Positions 19,543-28,562 of a stretch of 64,000 nt of DNA are shown piece by piece; position 1 is the stretch's first letter; each line of letters starts with the position of its first letter. The DNA lies in assembly GCA_965207075.1 (NCBI GenBank), contig CBDBLO010000002.1, positions 160,001 through 224,000 of the forward strand, written 5' to 3'. Made by a program: the position numbers and the translations under genes. The notes under the pieces are model-generated. The model saw only the letters and a program-made list of their open reading frames with translations. It was not told the DNA's origin and did no database searches. This stretch comes from Nitrosopumilus sp. GTDB taxonomy: Archaea > Thermoproteota > Nitrososphaeria > Nitrososphaerales > Nitrosopumilaceae.

Positions 19543-20879
19543 TGAAGAGTCGGGGAATCATGTCACCCCGACGCATAAGAGAGCCGACATGGAGGGAGGC
19601 GTAATGACACCTCAAACCAAGTATGACGAACATGTCCTCATACAGGAACAAAGGGAGGAGACCGAGCGCATACTCAAGACTGCCAGCGAGAAGGGCAGGA
19701 AGCCCATACGCAAGCTGGACACGCTTGACGCAAGGTTCATCGTCCGCGAAAAGAGGAGGGGGACAAGCAACAAGACGATTGCAGGCATCCTGAAGGTCTG
19801 CATAAGGCAGGTGCAGCGCATCTGGAGCCGGTTCAGGCGCCTCGACACGGGGCGGATACTGTACCTTCCAAGGCGCCCCGGCAGGCACCGGAAGGGCGAG
19901 CCGGGGCGCAGGGAGCACTCCGCGGTTTTGGCCGCGTTCGGCCGGGTCGTAAACGGCGCGTCTGCCACATACTGGCACATCAGGAACGCGGGGGACCACG
20001 TCCCAAAGGACGCCGTGCACCGGGTGCTGCTTGAGAACGGGCTGGCGCGCGAGGAGCACGCCAAGAAGAGGCAGCGCAGGTACGTGAGGTACGAGCGGAG
20101 GCACAGCAACACGCTCTGGCACACGGACTATACGCAGCTGGAGGACGGGAGGTGGCTGATCGTATACGTGGACGACTCGTCCCGGTACATCGTCGGACAC
20201 GGCGTGTTTGACCGCGCCACGTCCGAGAACGCCACCGCGGTCTTCAAGCAGGCCTGCCTGGCGCACGGGACGCCGTACTCGGTCCTGACCGACCACGGAT
20301 CCCAGTTCTACGCCATGGAGTCCGAGGCAAAGCGCGAAAGGGGGCGCACGCACTTTGAGGAGCACCTCGGGGACGCCGGCGTAAAGCAGATCCTGGCGCG
20401 CGTGGGACACCCCCAGACCAATGGCAAGGCGGAGCGCGTGTTCAAGGAGTACAAGTACAAGGTTGGGCACTTTGCCGACGTTGCGGGACCGCCGGGCACG
20501 GCGGCCCCGTTTGGCGCCCCCGCCGCAATGGAGAGCGACCCGACTGCCAGGTTCGTCAGGAACCACAACAACAAGCCGCACGGCAGCCTGTACGGGCAGA
20601 CGCCCGCGGACGCATACCGCGAGCGGAGGCTCCCAGAGGGCCGGTCATACAAGGATGACGACGGGTAAGACACCTCAGTCAACCCCGCCGTAGGACCCTC
20701 CAGCGTATGCTGCGCACGATCATGTAAAAGCGTACCTTTCGCGGCAGTTCGCGCACGTCGGGCACGCTGCCGGCCGCTTGGGCTGGCCCAGCGGAACCGG
20801 GAATTCAAAATTCATATGGAGTCCAGACATGCGTGGAGCAATGTCACGACACACCGTGACATCATTTTCCGACTCTACA
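19543..20879 (+). mobile_element. IS481-family insertion sequence, copy 1 (1337 bp)
   Basis: 24-bp imperfect TIRs (TGAAGAGTCGGGGAATCATGTCAC / TGTAGAGTCGGAAAATGATGTCAC, 20/24 match); 15-bp direct repeat ATCGGCGGCGGCGTG at 19528-19542 and 20880-20894. Confidence 0.92.
19604..20668 (+). CDS. IS481-family DDE (rve) transposase
   Basis: HTH, then WHTDY, VDDSSR, LTDHGSQF, PQTNGKAER; GGAGG upstream of ATG 19604 (alternative ATG 19589). Confidence 0.9.
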   Translation: MTPQTKYDEHVLIQEQREETERILKTASEKGRKPIRKLDTLDARFIVREKRRGTSNKTIAGILKVCIRQVQRIWSRFRRLDTGRILYLPRRPGRHRKGEPGRREHSAVLAAFGRVVNGASATYWHIRNAGDHVPKDAVHRVLLENGLAREEHAKKRQRRYVRYERRHSNTLWHTDYTQLEDGRWLIVYVDDSSRYIVGHGVFDRATSENATAVFKQACLAHGTPYSVLTDHGSQFYAMESEAKRERGRTHFEEHLGDAGVKQILARVGHPQTNGKAERVFKEYKYKVGHFADVAGPPGTAAPFGAPAAMESDPTARFVRNHNNKPHGSLYGQTPADAYRERRLPEGRSYKDDDG

Positions 20880-21182
20880 ATCGGCGGCGGCGTGCTCCTA
20901 CCGACGCACCACTGCTACTGCGGCCGCCGCCACACGCCGAGACGGCCCTTCACATACGCCCGGGTCGTGAGATACGCCGGACTTGGTCCATACAACTCTA
21001 ACTGAAAATACGTACACCCATGCTTTAGGGGCAGAAGAGGGACGGGGCATTTTCCTGGGCCGGGCGATGGTTCCGGACTGCACCGGACAATCTAGTTTCC
21101 GGCCGTATACAGGTGCGCGGTGTCCGCGCGGGGGCGGTACCGGGGCCTATCTTTTTATGCCAAGCGGCCGGAGCCGATTGTA

Positions 21183-21689
21183 ATGTTTAATAGATTCAGA
21201 AGGGAAGGGAAGGGAGAAGTAGAGATGGCAGCAGTAGAAGAGAACAGTGCCGGGCCGCCAAACGAAGGGACGGTAGTAGAGGCGCCGACTTCCCCGGGCG
21301 GGCGCATAGGAATCGGGGACCTGATGGACAAACGTGCAAGGCTCGAGGAGGCCATCGACTATGTCGGGGTCATGATAAAGAACCTCAAGGACAAGCGCAC
21401 CCTGCTTGAAAAGGACATAGAGGACGAGTCAGTCGACATCAAGAACCTCAAGGAAAAGCTCCAAAAGGTCAACGAGTACATAGAGGACGAGAGCGCCGGG
21501 ATTACAAAGCTGGCCCTCAAGAGGAGGGAGGTCGAGGAGGAGGCCGACGAGGTGGGCGCCATAATCAACAACCTCAGAAACAAGCTTGCCGGAATCGACC
21601 AGGTCATAGAAGAAGAGGGCGACAGGGTCAGGAAGATAAAGGGAACAAAGGAGGCCTCGGTAGGGGCAGCCTCTGAATTTACAGACTAG
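21183..21689 (+). CDS. coiled-coil protein
   Basis: Long heptad-patterned E/K/L/I-rich region; TTTTTATG promoter-like site upstream. Confidence 0.75.
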   Translation: MFNRFRREGKGEVEMAAVEENSAGPPNEGTVVEAPTSPGGRIGIGDLMDKRARLEEAIDYVGVMIKNLKDKRTLLEKDIEDESVDIKNLKEKLQKVNEYIEDESAGITKLALKRREVEEEADEVGAIINNLRNKLAGIDQVIEEEGDRVRKIKGTKEASVGAASEFTD

Positions 21690-21773
21690 CGGCAGGGTAG
21701 CCGCCACTTCGGGTATGGGTGCCGCGCGATGTCAGTCCGTCGTGTGTGGGTGCCTAGCATGCACGCGCGCAAG

Positions 21774-22448
21774 CTACGGGTTAAAGCGCTGATTGGTGGC
21801 GGCCGACGGCGACGCTGCCATGGTAGACACGTCCTGCGTCTGGGTCGGCACCGAGGGGAACATCTGTCCTGTCGAGGTCCCCGCTATGGCGGCGGCTTCC
21901 TTTAGTATCTCGTCTGTCTCCGCACTGGTCACCGAGTCCGTCCCAAACGCTGCGTCTCCTGCAAAGCTCTCCGTCATTAACCCGTCGAGCATCTCGGCCA
22001 TCTGCGTCAGCTCCTGTTCTGCCCCCGGCATGACCTTGCCCAGGGACGACTTTATGTTCTTCATCAGGGCTACCGTCGGCATTATAGTGACTACCGTGTC
22101 CCCGAGGTCGCTGCACGTGGTAAGGCGCAGCTCGATACGCTCCAGTGCGGTCCTGGCCCCACCCAGCACCTTTGTAACCTTGCGTATCTCGGCCAGTTCG
22201 TTGCCGAGGATCTTGCTGGTCTGCTGATCGTTCTTCTGTACGGCGTCAACGACCCTCTGGAACAGCGCGGCATCCCGCTTCTGCAAGCTTCCAAGCATAG
22301 AGTCCAGTTTCCTGATCTGCGGCTTTAGCATCTTTGTCGCGTCCCGTATGCGGGGCTTGAGCGGGCCCTTGGGCCTGACGACGGATCCTATCCTTTCGGA
22401 TATGGTTGGCGTCTCCTGCCTCGACCAGGTCTTCTGGAAGTTTGCCAT
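21774..22448 (-). CDS. ESCRT-III/Snf7 (CdvB-family) protein
   Basis: PLKPRI..A, RDAALFQRVV, LGNELAEIRK, ALERIELRLTT..DLGD pattern of archaeal CdvB paralogues. Confidence 0.85.
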   Translation of the reverse strand: MANFQKTWSRQETPTISERIGSVVRPKGPLKPRIRDATKMLKPQIRKLDSMLGSLQKRDAALFQRVVDAVQKNDQQTSKILGNELAEIRKVTKVLGGARTALERIELRLTTCSDLGDTVVTIMPTVALMKNIKSSLGKVMPGAEQELTQMAEMLDGLMTESFAGDAAFGTDSVTSAETDEILKEAAAIAGTSTGQMFPSVPTQTQDVSTMAASPSAATNQRFNP

Positions 22449-22506
22449 TGACCCCCATCTCAAAGTTAGTATTTAACCCTGTACGGGCGGCGGCCGGTGC
22501 AGGGCC

Positions 22507-23046
22507 GTGCCGGCGATGCAGAATTCGTCAAGGCCAATCGGCAGGCTTTTACCTCCGGGCGCCGGATACCGCGCAGCCTTGAGCCGCGCAAAGACTGCAC
22601 TTGTCGTGATAGTGGTGCTGCTGGCGGCAGGCCTGATTGTGGGGGCGCTCGTACCGGAGGGGGGGACGGAGCCCGGCATCGGCGCGCCCCGGGGCGACGG
22701 GGACGAGGTCTTTCACGTCAGGCTGGCAGAGCCCGGCATGTACTCGGGCGGCGTGTACACCGACTCGTTTGAGGCGCCCGGCGGCCAGTACGCGTTTGAC
22801 TTTGTGCCCAACGGGAGCAGCCCCGAGATCCTCTCCATTACGCTGGAGGGCGGCGGCGGTCCCGAGTACCGCGAGGACTTTGTGCTGGAGGGAACCAAGC
22901 ACGAGGCGCTTCTCGGGGAGTACTATACGTGGGAGTATCTGGGACAAAAGCACGTAGCCATACAGGACGGCGGCACGGTCTCCATTACGATAGACCCTCA
23001 CGGTGACACACTGGGCTCCGTGTCCGTATACCTGTATGAGAATTAA
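22507..23046 (+). CDS. hypothetical membrane-anchored exported protein
   Basis: Hydrophobic N-terminal segment, beta-rich body (FVPNGSSP); start uncertain. Confidence 0.7.
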   Translation: MPAMQNSSRPIGRLLPPGAGYRAALSRAKTALVVIVVLLAAGLIVGALVPEGGTEPGIGAPRGDGDEVFHVRLAEPGMYSGGVYTDSFEAPGGQYAFDFVPNGSSPEILSITLEGGGGPEYREDFVLEGTKHEALLGEYYTWEYLGQKHVAIQDGGTVSITIDPHGDTLGSVSVYLYEN

Positions 23047-23050
23047 GATA

Positions 23051-23181
23051 AGGGGTGGCGCAACCCCTCTGCTACAGAACAATGAGAGATTTCCTCTCCG
23101 TTCGGGAAACCAAGTCCCTTGGCCATTTCGTTCTGCGGGGTTACGCGCCGTCAGTCGATAGAACTTGCATCCATCGGCATC
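23051..23181 (-). ncRNA. candidate structured non-coding RNA (~130 nt)
   Basis: Nested complementary stems of 10 bp and 9 bp, two inner hairpins, K-turn-like 5' hairpin, and an archaeal TATA box (TTAAATA, 23203-23209) about 22 nt upstream; ends are approximate. Confidence 0.6.
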
Positions 23182-23468
23182 AATCTAACTAGTAAATCTG
23201 GGTATTTAACATTTTTTCCACCATCTCATATTCTCTGGGGCTGTTTTTAGAAAAAATTGCATCATTCCTGCAGGCATGCCAACGCGCCGGCAGGGACGGA
23301 TCTCAGGGGCCTGAATGAGGCCGTTCATCCCCCTGGCGCGCCACGCGCGAATTCCGGAACTCCGACGCCCGCCAAGACGGATCTGGGCGGCCGGCCTGAA
23401 AGGGGTGCGGAACGGCCGCGCCCGGGCCTGCGAGGTCCCCGCACTCCGACATTTATTACGGCAGGGCC

Positions 23469-23687
23469 ATGCCAAGTCGCATGATGAACAGAAAGGCAAA
23501 GGCCAAGCTGATCATACTCTTGGGAATCATATGGGTAATCATAACCCTGCCGCTGCCCTGGATCGTAAACAACCCGGAGGTCTCCGAGTCACAGTTCAAT
23601 ACCATACTTGGCATCGTGGGCGTCATGTCGATACCGTTCGTCGTCCTGGGCGTGGTCTGGACGCTAAAGCCGGAGCTGACGACATGA
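23469..23687 (+). CDS. small two-TM membrane protein
   Basis: Two hydrophobic helices, ATGA overlap with cysQ; start may be 23481 or 23484. Confidence 0.7.
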   Translation: MPSRMMNRKAKAKLIILLGIIWVIITLPLPWIVNNPEVSESQFNTILGIVGVMSIPFVVLGVVWTLKPELTT

Positions 23688-24559
23688 GCCGGCCTGTGCT
23701 GGCGCCGGATCCACCGCCGATAAAAGATGCGGCCCCGGAGCTCGGCGCCGCGCTCGAGGCAGTGGCCAGTGCGGGCGCCGCGGTCCTCGACATATACCGC
23801 AAGAACGCCGGCGGCTCCGAGGAGAAGGAGGACGGCTCGCCTGTCACGGAGGCCGATCTTGCAAGCCACAGAATACTGACAGAGCTGCTGTCAAAGACGG
23901 GACACGCCATACTGTCCGAAGAAGGCGCGGACCGGTGGATCCTGCGCGCGGACAGAACGGGATCAGAGACGGTGTGGATAGTGGATCCACTCGACGGCAC
24001 GTCCGACTTTATAGACAGGACCGGCGAGTTTACCATAATGGCGGCGCTCATAAAAGAAAAGAGGCCCGTGCTGGGGGTCATACTGCGGCCCACCGACAAC
24101 ACCATATTTGTCGCGCAGAAAGGCCGGGGCGCGCTCTGCCATGACGCGGAGGGCTGGAGGAGGATCGCAGTGACGGGCACGTCCGCGCTGTCCGAGTGCA
24201 GGATGGTCGGCTCAAGGCACCACCTCACGGACCAAGAGAGGGGGTTCATAGCCGGGCTCGGGGTAAAGGAGTTTGTGAGCATAGGAAGCTCCCTCAAGGT
24301 CGGGATGATAAGCTCCGGCCGGGCCGAGGCGTACATTACGACCACCGACAGGATAAAGGAGTGGGACACGGCCGCGTCGTACTGCATCATAACGGAGGCC
24401 GGCGGAAGGATGACCGACGTGCGCGGGCGCGACCTCACGTACAACAACGAGGACATCCACCACAGGCACGGTGTCTTGGCCACGAACGGCGCCGTGCACG
24501 GGCGCATAGTCAGCGAGTTTGCGCTGTACTCAGATCAGGCCGCGGCCGCGGAGAAATGA
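23684..24559 (+). CDS. cysQ: 3'(2'),5'-bisphosphate nucleotidase
   Basis: KEDGSPVTEAD, ILSEE, VDPLDGTSDF, GSSLK, EWDTAA. Confidence 0.9.
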   Translation: MSRPVLAPDPPPIKDAAPELGAALEAVASAGAAVLDIYRKNAGGSEEKEDGSPVTEADLASHRILTELLSKTGHAILSEEGADRWILRADRTGSETVWIVDPLDGTSDFIDRTGEFTIMAALIKEKRPVLGVILRPTDNTIFVAQKGRGALCHDAEGWRRIAVTGTSALSECRMVGSRHHLTDQERGFIAGLGVKEFVSIGSSLKVGMISSGRAEAYITTTDRIKEWDTAASYCIITEAGGRMTDVRGRDLTYNNEDIHHRHGVLATNGAVHGRIVSEFALYSDQAAAAEK

Positions 24560-25048
24560 CTTTACCTTTTGCGCGCTGTCCTCCAGCGGCTCGTCCTCCG
24601 TGTCGACTATGAGATCCGCGTTCTCGGGCGCCTCGTACGGGTCGTCTATCCCCGTAAACCCCTTGATCTCGCCCCTGCGGGCCTTGGCGTACATGCCCTT
24701 GACGTCCCGCTCCTCGCACTTTGCAAGGGAGCACTTGACGTAGCACTCGGCAAACTGGTCGCCAGAGTCCACTATGCTCCGGGCGTTCTCCCTGTTCTCC
24801 GCGTAAGGGGAGACCAGTGATACCACGCTGGGAACCCCGTGCCTTAGCAGCATCTTGGCAAGGTGCGCGACCTTTTTGTTGTGCTCGTCGCGCCCCTCCT
24901 TTGAAAAGTCCTTGGGGGACAGCCACTCCCTCAGCTCGTCGCCGTCGAGCATCGCCAGGTTTGGAATGTCCCTCTGGAGATCCTTCACTATGGTGGTCTT
25001 GCCGGAGCACGGCAGCCCCGTCATCCACAGTACGAACGGCCTTGCCAT
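24530..25048 (-). CDS. cysC: adenylyl-sulfate kinase
   Basis: WMTGLPCSGKTT, LDGD, RDVKGMY, FTGIDDPYEAP. Confidence 0.95.
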   Translation of the reverse strand: MARPFVLWMTGLPCSGKTTIVKDLQRDIPNLAMLDGDELREWLSPKDFSKEGRDEHNKKVAHLAKMLLRHGVPSVVSLVSPYAENRENARSIVDSGDQFAECYVKCSLAKCEERDVKGMYAKARRGEIKGFTGIDDPYEAPENADLIVDTEDEPLEDSAQKVKSFLRGRGLI

Positions 25049-25126
25049 GACGCACTGGCACAGGGCCGGCCTTAAAGAGCTTGCCGTGACCGACAGGGCC
25101 GCGCGCAGCTGGGACAGCGGCGGGCG

Positions 25127-25681
25127 TCAGGCCGCCCAGGGCTGCGACTCGAGATGGTCTATGTCGCCCATCAGATCGTCAAGCTTCTTGGACGTGGCCA
25201 CTACGGAGCGGAACTGCTCGTACATCTCAAACTCCTCCTCCTTTGAGAGTATCTCCGCCTCGGCCCTGTCAAAAAAGTCCTCCTCCTTTGAGAGGTGGTC
25301 GGATATGTATACGGAGTACGCCCTCATGTACCGGGCAATGGGCTCGCGCGCGTTCAGGTCGCTCCCCTCCTCCTTCCAGCGCCGCATGTACCGCCGCAGC
25401 TGCACCGCGACGCGCCTGGAGAACTCGTGCTCTACCAGCAGCACGTGGATCTCGCGCCTCAGGTGGTCGTAGCTTGCGACGCACGGAAAGTACGAGTCCT
25501 CCTCCCGGGAGTAGTGCACGGCATCGAGGAACTCCTCCATTACGCGCGCGATCTTTTCAACGTCGCCGAACGGGACGTTCCTGCCGTCGTATAGCGCGGT
25601 ATAGCACTTTGTGACTATGCTGTCGAACCTGCGCACCTGTATGTGGTCACGCCGCAGCTCCTCCGTCGCGCTCAACGTCAC
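25127..25681 (-). CDS. hemerythrin/HHE cation-binding domain protein
   Basis: DH, HYSREE, EHE, HLSKEE motifs. Confidence 0.85.
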   Translation of the reverse strand: MTLSATEELRRDHIQVRRFDSIVTKCYTALYDGRNVPFGDVEKIARVMEEFLDAVHYSREEDSYFPCVASYDHLRREIHVLLVEHEFSRRVAVQLRRYMRRWKEEGSDLNAREPIARYMRAYSVYISDHLSKEEDFFDRAEAEILSKEEEFEMYEQFRSVVATSKKLDDLMGDIDHLESQPWAA

Positions 25682-25775
25682 GCGGGGCGCAGGCGGGGCT
25701 TAATAATGATCGGGCGGCGGCACCTATGCCGCGCCGCGCGTGTCAAGACGGTAAAGAAAAACTCGGGTAACGGAG

Positions 25776-26678
25776 TCAGAGGTCGAGCGAGTCCTTGAGC
25801 CCCTTGTACCTGTTCCGTATGGTAACCTCTGTCACGTTTGCCGACTCTGCTATGTCGCGCTGGGTCTTGTCCTCCCCGTTCTTGACGCACGACAGGTACA
25901 GCGCCGCGGCCGCAAGCCCCATCGGATCCTTTCCGGCGGAGACCTCGTTCTCCTGCGCCTTTTTGAGGACCTTTATTGCGTACCTCTTCGTCTTCTCCTC
26001 TATCCCAATCCTGCTTGCGATCCTTGCAATGCACTGGATCGAGTCCGTGACGGGCATCCTCAGGTCGAGCTCCTTGACAAGCAGCCGGTAGCATCTCGCG
26101 ATGTCCTTGCGCTTGATGTTGGCGGCCTGCTCCACGTCCTTGAGGTTCCGCGGCGTGGCGGTCTCCCTGCACGCCGCGTACAGGGCAGATGCCATCAGGG
26201 CCGATATGGAACGGCCCCGTACAAGCCCCTTGTCGAGCGCCTTTCTGTATATGTAGGCGGCCTTCTCGATCACGGGATCCGAGATTGCCATCTTGTCCTT
26301 TAGGCGGTTGAGCTCGCTGAACGCCTGCCTGAAGTTGCGATCAACCGGCTCGTGCACCTGGCTGCGGCTGTCCCACGTACGGAGCCGCTCTATGGTGCTC
26401 TTCATGGTCGCGGCAAGCGGGCGCCCGGAGGCGTCCTTGTTCAGAGGATTGATGATGGTTGCAAGCCCCATGTCATGCATTGTCAGCGAGGTCGGGGCCC
26501 CGGCCCTTGCACGATCGCCGTGCTCGTCTTGGGCAAACGAGCGCCACTCAGGGCCCGACTCCTGCAGCTTTTCAGATACCACGTAGCCGCAGGCGGAGCA
26601 GAACATCTCTCCAGACTCGTTGTCGGTGACCATAACGCCCCTACACCTGTTACACAGGTCTTTTGATACACTTACCAT
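25776..26678 (-). CDS. tfb: transcription initiation factor IIB
   Basis: Zn ribbon CxxC..CxxC, GPEWRSF, RGRS, GKDP.GLAAA, VTEVTIRNRY. Confidence 0.96.
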   Translation of the reverse strand: MVSVSKDLCNRCRGVMVTDNESGEMFCSACGYVVSEKLQESGPEWRSFAQDEHGDRARAGAPTSLTMHDMGLATIINPLNKDASGRPLAATMKSTIERLRTWDSRSQVHEPVDRNFRQAFSELNRLKDKMAISDPVIEKAAYIYRKALDKGLVRGRSISALMASALYAACRETATPRNLKDVEQAANIKRKDIARCYRLLVKELDLRMPVTDSIQCIARIASRIGIEEKTKRYAIKVLKKAQENEVSAGKDPMGLAAAALYLSCVKNGEDKTQRDIAESANVTEVTIRNRYKGLKDSLDL

Positions 26679-26836
26679 GGCTATTAACCTCAAAAAGTGG
26701 TCTTTATTAATCATGAACTCATTCGGGGCACAGCGGGCGCTGTAGGCACGCACATGCCAAGGCGCCCGTGCGTCCGCAGCCACGGGAGGGGATCTGCAGG
26801 CAGTGTATTATTATCAAACCGCCACCACAAGGAGGC

Positions 26837-27901
26837 ATGAGGGATCGGTTGCCGTCGCGGTGCGGGAGCGGGGGTGCACAAGGGACGCTGGGGTCACCGT
26901 CACCGTCACCACCACGGTCACTGTCGTCATTGCCGTCGCCTCCAGTGCTGGCACTCATGGTAATGGCAGTGGCCGTCGCATATGCGGGAGCATCCGCGCA
27001 GCACGCGGCGCACGCAGAGGTGGGATCCCTCGTGGATGCGCACTCCGTGGAGGGCGGAATAAACATAGAGATAACATATCCTGACGGCCTAGTTGCGGGA
27101 AGGGAGGGGACCGTCTCCATCCTCGTCAAGAACAACGGCTGGGAGGACAAGCAGGACATCTCCTTTGAGGTATCGCTGTCTGACGATAGGGCGGTCGGCG
27201 CCGACCCCCCGGACGTCCTGGCCATAGGGCGGCTGGCCGAGGGCGGTTCGTACGGCGAGAGCATATCCATATCCGCGGCCGACGACGCGGGCCCCGGCAC
27301 GCACTACCTGAACCTGCGTTACACTCACGTCTTGGTTGCAAACAACGAGGAGCCCCAAGCGCCGTTCTTTTACGACATAGCGGTTCCGATCAGGATAAAG
27401 GGGGACGCGAGCGTCAGCATCCGCACGCAGATGCCAGAGTCGATATTCGGCAACGCCGAGTTCCCAATTACGGTCGAGGTTTTATCAAACGACATTGATC
27501 TCAGGGACGTGCGGATCAGGATAATCCCGCCGTCGGACATCGAGTTCCGGGGCGAGACACTGCACGCGTTCTCAAAGATAGAGAGGGGGGTGCCCGTCAG
27601 CATAACCTCAAGAATAGTCACGCCAGCGGATGAGGTACCCACAGAGTACAAGCTGCCGTTTGAGATCACGGTCCAGTACGTGGACGACGTGGGGGAGGAG
27701 CAGTCCGACGCGCAGACCGTGTCGACCGTGCTGCGGCCCAGGATGTTCATGGAGCTTACCGCCGAGGGGGGCATATGGCTGGGAAATATCTTCATCGCGC
27801 CCTACGTGAGCATAGGCACGATAGCGGGGATCCCCGCGGGCGCAGTCATCTCAATCCTGCTAAAGCGAAGGTTCGGTGGGGACGGGAGGCGCAAAGGGTA
27901 A
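26837..27901 (+). CDS. exported, C-terminally anchored Ig-like/COG1361-like surface protein
   Basis: Signal-like hydrophobic stretch, beta-rich domains (V.N.G), C-terminal TM; start uncertain. Confidence 0.65.
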   Translation: MRDRLPSRCGSGGAQGTLGSPSPSPPRSLSSLPSPPVLALMVMAVAVAYAGASAQHAAHAEVGSLVDAHSVEGGINIEITYPDGLVAGREGTVSILVKNNGWEDKQDISFEVSLSDDRAVGADPPDVLAIGRLAEGGSYGESISISAADDAGPGTHYLNLRYTHVLVANNEEPQAPFFYDIAVPIRIKGDASVSIRTQMPESIFGNAEFPITVEVLSNDIDLRDVRIRIIPPSDIEFRGETLHAFSKIERGVPVSITSRIVTPADEVPTEYKLPFEITVQYVDDVGEEQSDAQTVSTVLRPRMFMELTAEGGIWLGNIFIAPYVSIGTIAGIPAGAVISILLKRRFGGDGRRKG

Positions 27902-27919
27902 CAGGGCCGGGCGCGGCCG

Positions 27920-28249
27920 TCACTTGCCGGCGCCGTCCGGCTCCGGCGCCCCGCCGTCGCACCTTGCGCGTATGGCATCCGTATACCTCCGGCTGTACTC
28001 GTTGAAGAGGCGTATCTTGTCCTGGGCCAGCGCCATGGCTCCAGGCCTGCCGTTGACGGCGGAATCTGCATCCATCTGTTCTGCAAGCAGCCGCTGGAGC
28101 TCCTCCGCGCCGGCGCCCGCAAGTCCCACCAGCAGCACCTCAAGCTCGGAGGCAAGCATGTCCCTAGTGTCCGGAACGGCGGGCGGCCGGGCACCGATGA
28201 TCTCCCTTGCCACGATGCGCCCGAACACCCTCCTGTCTAGATCCAGCAA
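27920..28249 (-). CDS. hypothetical protein
   Basis: ORF with TTTTATA TATA box upstream on the minus strand. Confidence 0.6.
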   Translation of the reverse strand: MLDLDRRVFGRIVAREIIGARPPAVPDTRDMLASELEVLLVGLAGAGAEELQRLLAEQMDADSAVNGRPGAMALAQDKIRLFNEYSRRYTDAIRARCDGGAPEPDGAGK

Positions 28250-28336
28250 CGCATGACCGCGGCGCAGAGGCCGTATAAAAGGCGCGGCGGCGTCCCTTAA
28301 CTACAATTTTATAGGTTTGAATTTTCCGCCCTGACA

Positions 28337-28528
28337 ATGGTTCTCAACCTGAGGTGCGCAGACTATGGCTTTGAGTGCAGTTTTGCCCTTAATGCCAAGG
28401 CGACTGCAGAAACCATTCAAAAACTGAGGCATCATTTCGAGGAGGAGCACGGGATAGACTATACCACCGAGGCCGTGATCCAGATGGTGACCAACCGCGG
28501 GCACACGCTGGACTCCATAAGGCGCTAG
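28337..28528 (+). CDS. DUF1059 small metal-binding protein
   Basis: LRCADYGFECSF...H...EHG pattern. Confidence 0.8.
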   Translation: MVLNLRCADYGFECSFALNAKATAETIQKLRHHFEEEHGIDYTTEAVIQMVTNRGHTLDSIRR

Positions 28529-28562
28529 GCCGTTCCCCGCTCGTCATCCGGCTTCCCCCGGA

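Noticed and set aside
19541-19543. IS left end starting at TGT (19541) with a 13-bp TSD
   Set aside because: The TG belongs to the duplicated target in both copies, and starting at 19543 aligns the TIRs without gaps
19442-20581. Long antisense ORFs across the transposases and many housekeeping genes
   Set aside because: Shadow frames caused by GC-rich codon bias, with no recognisable motifs
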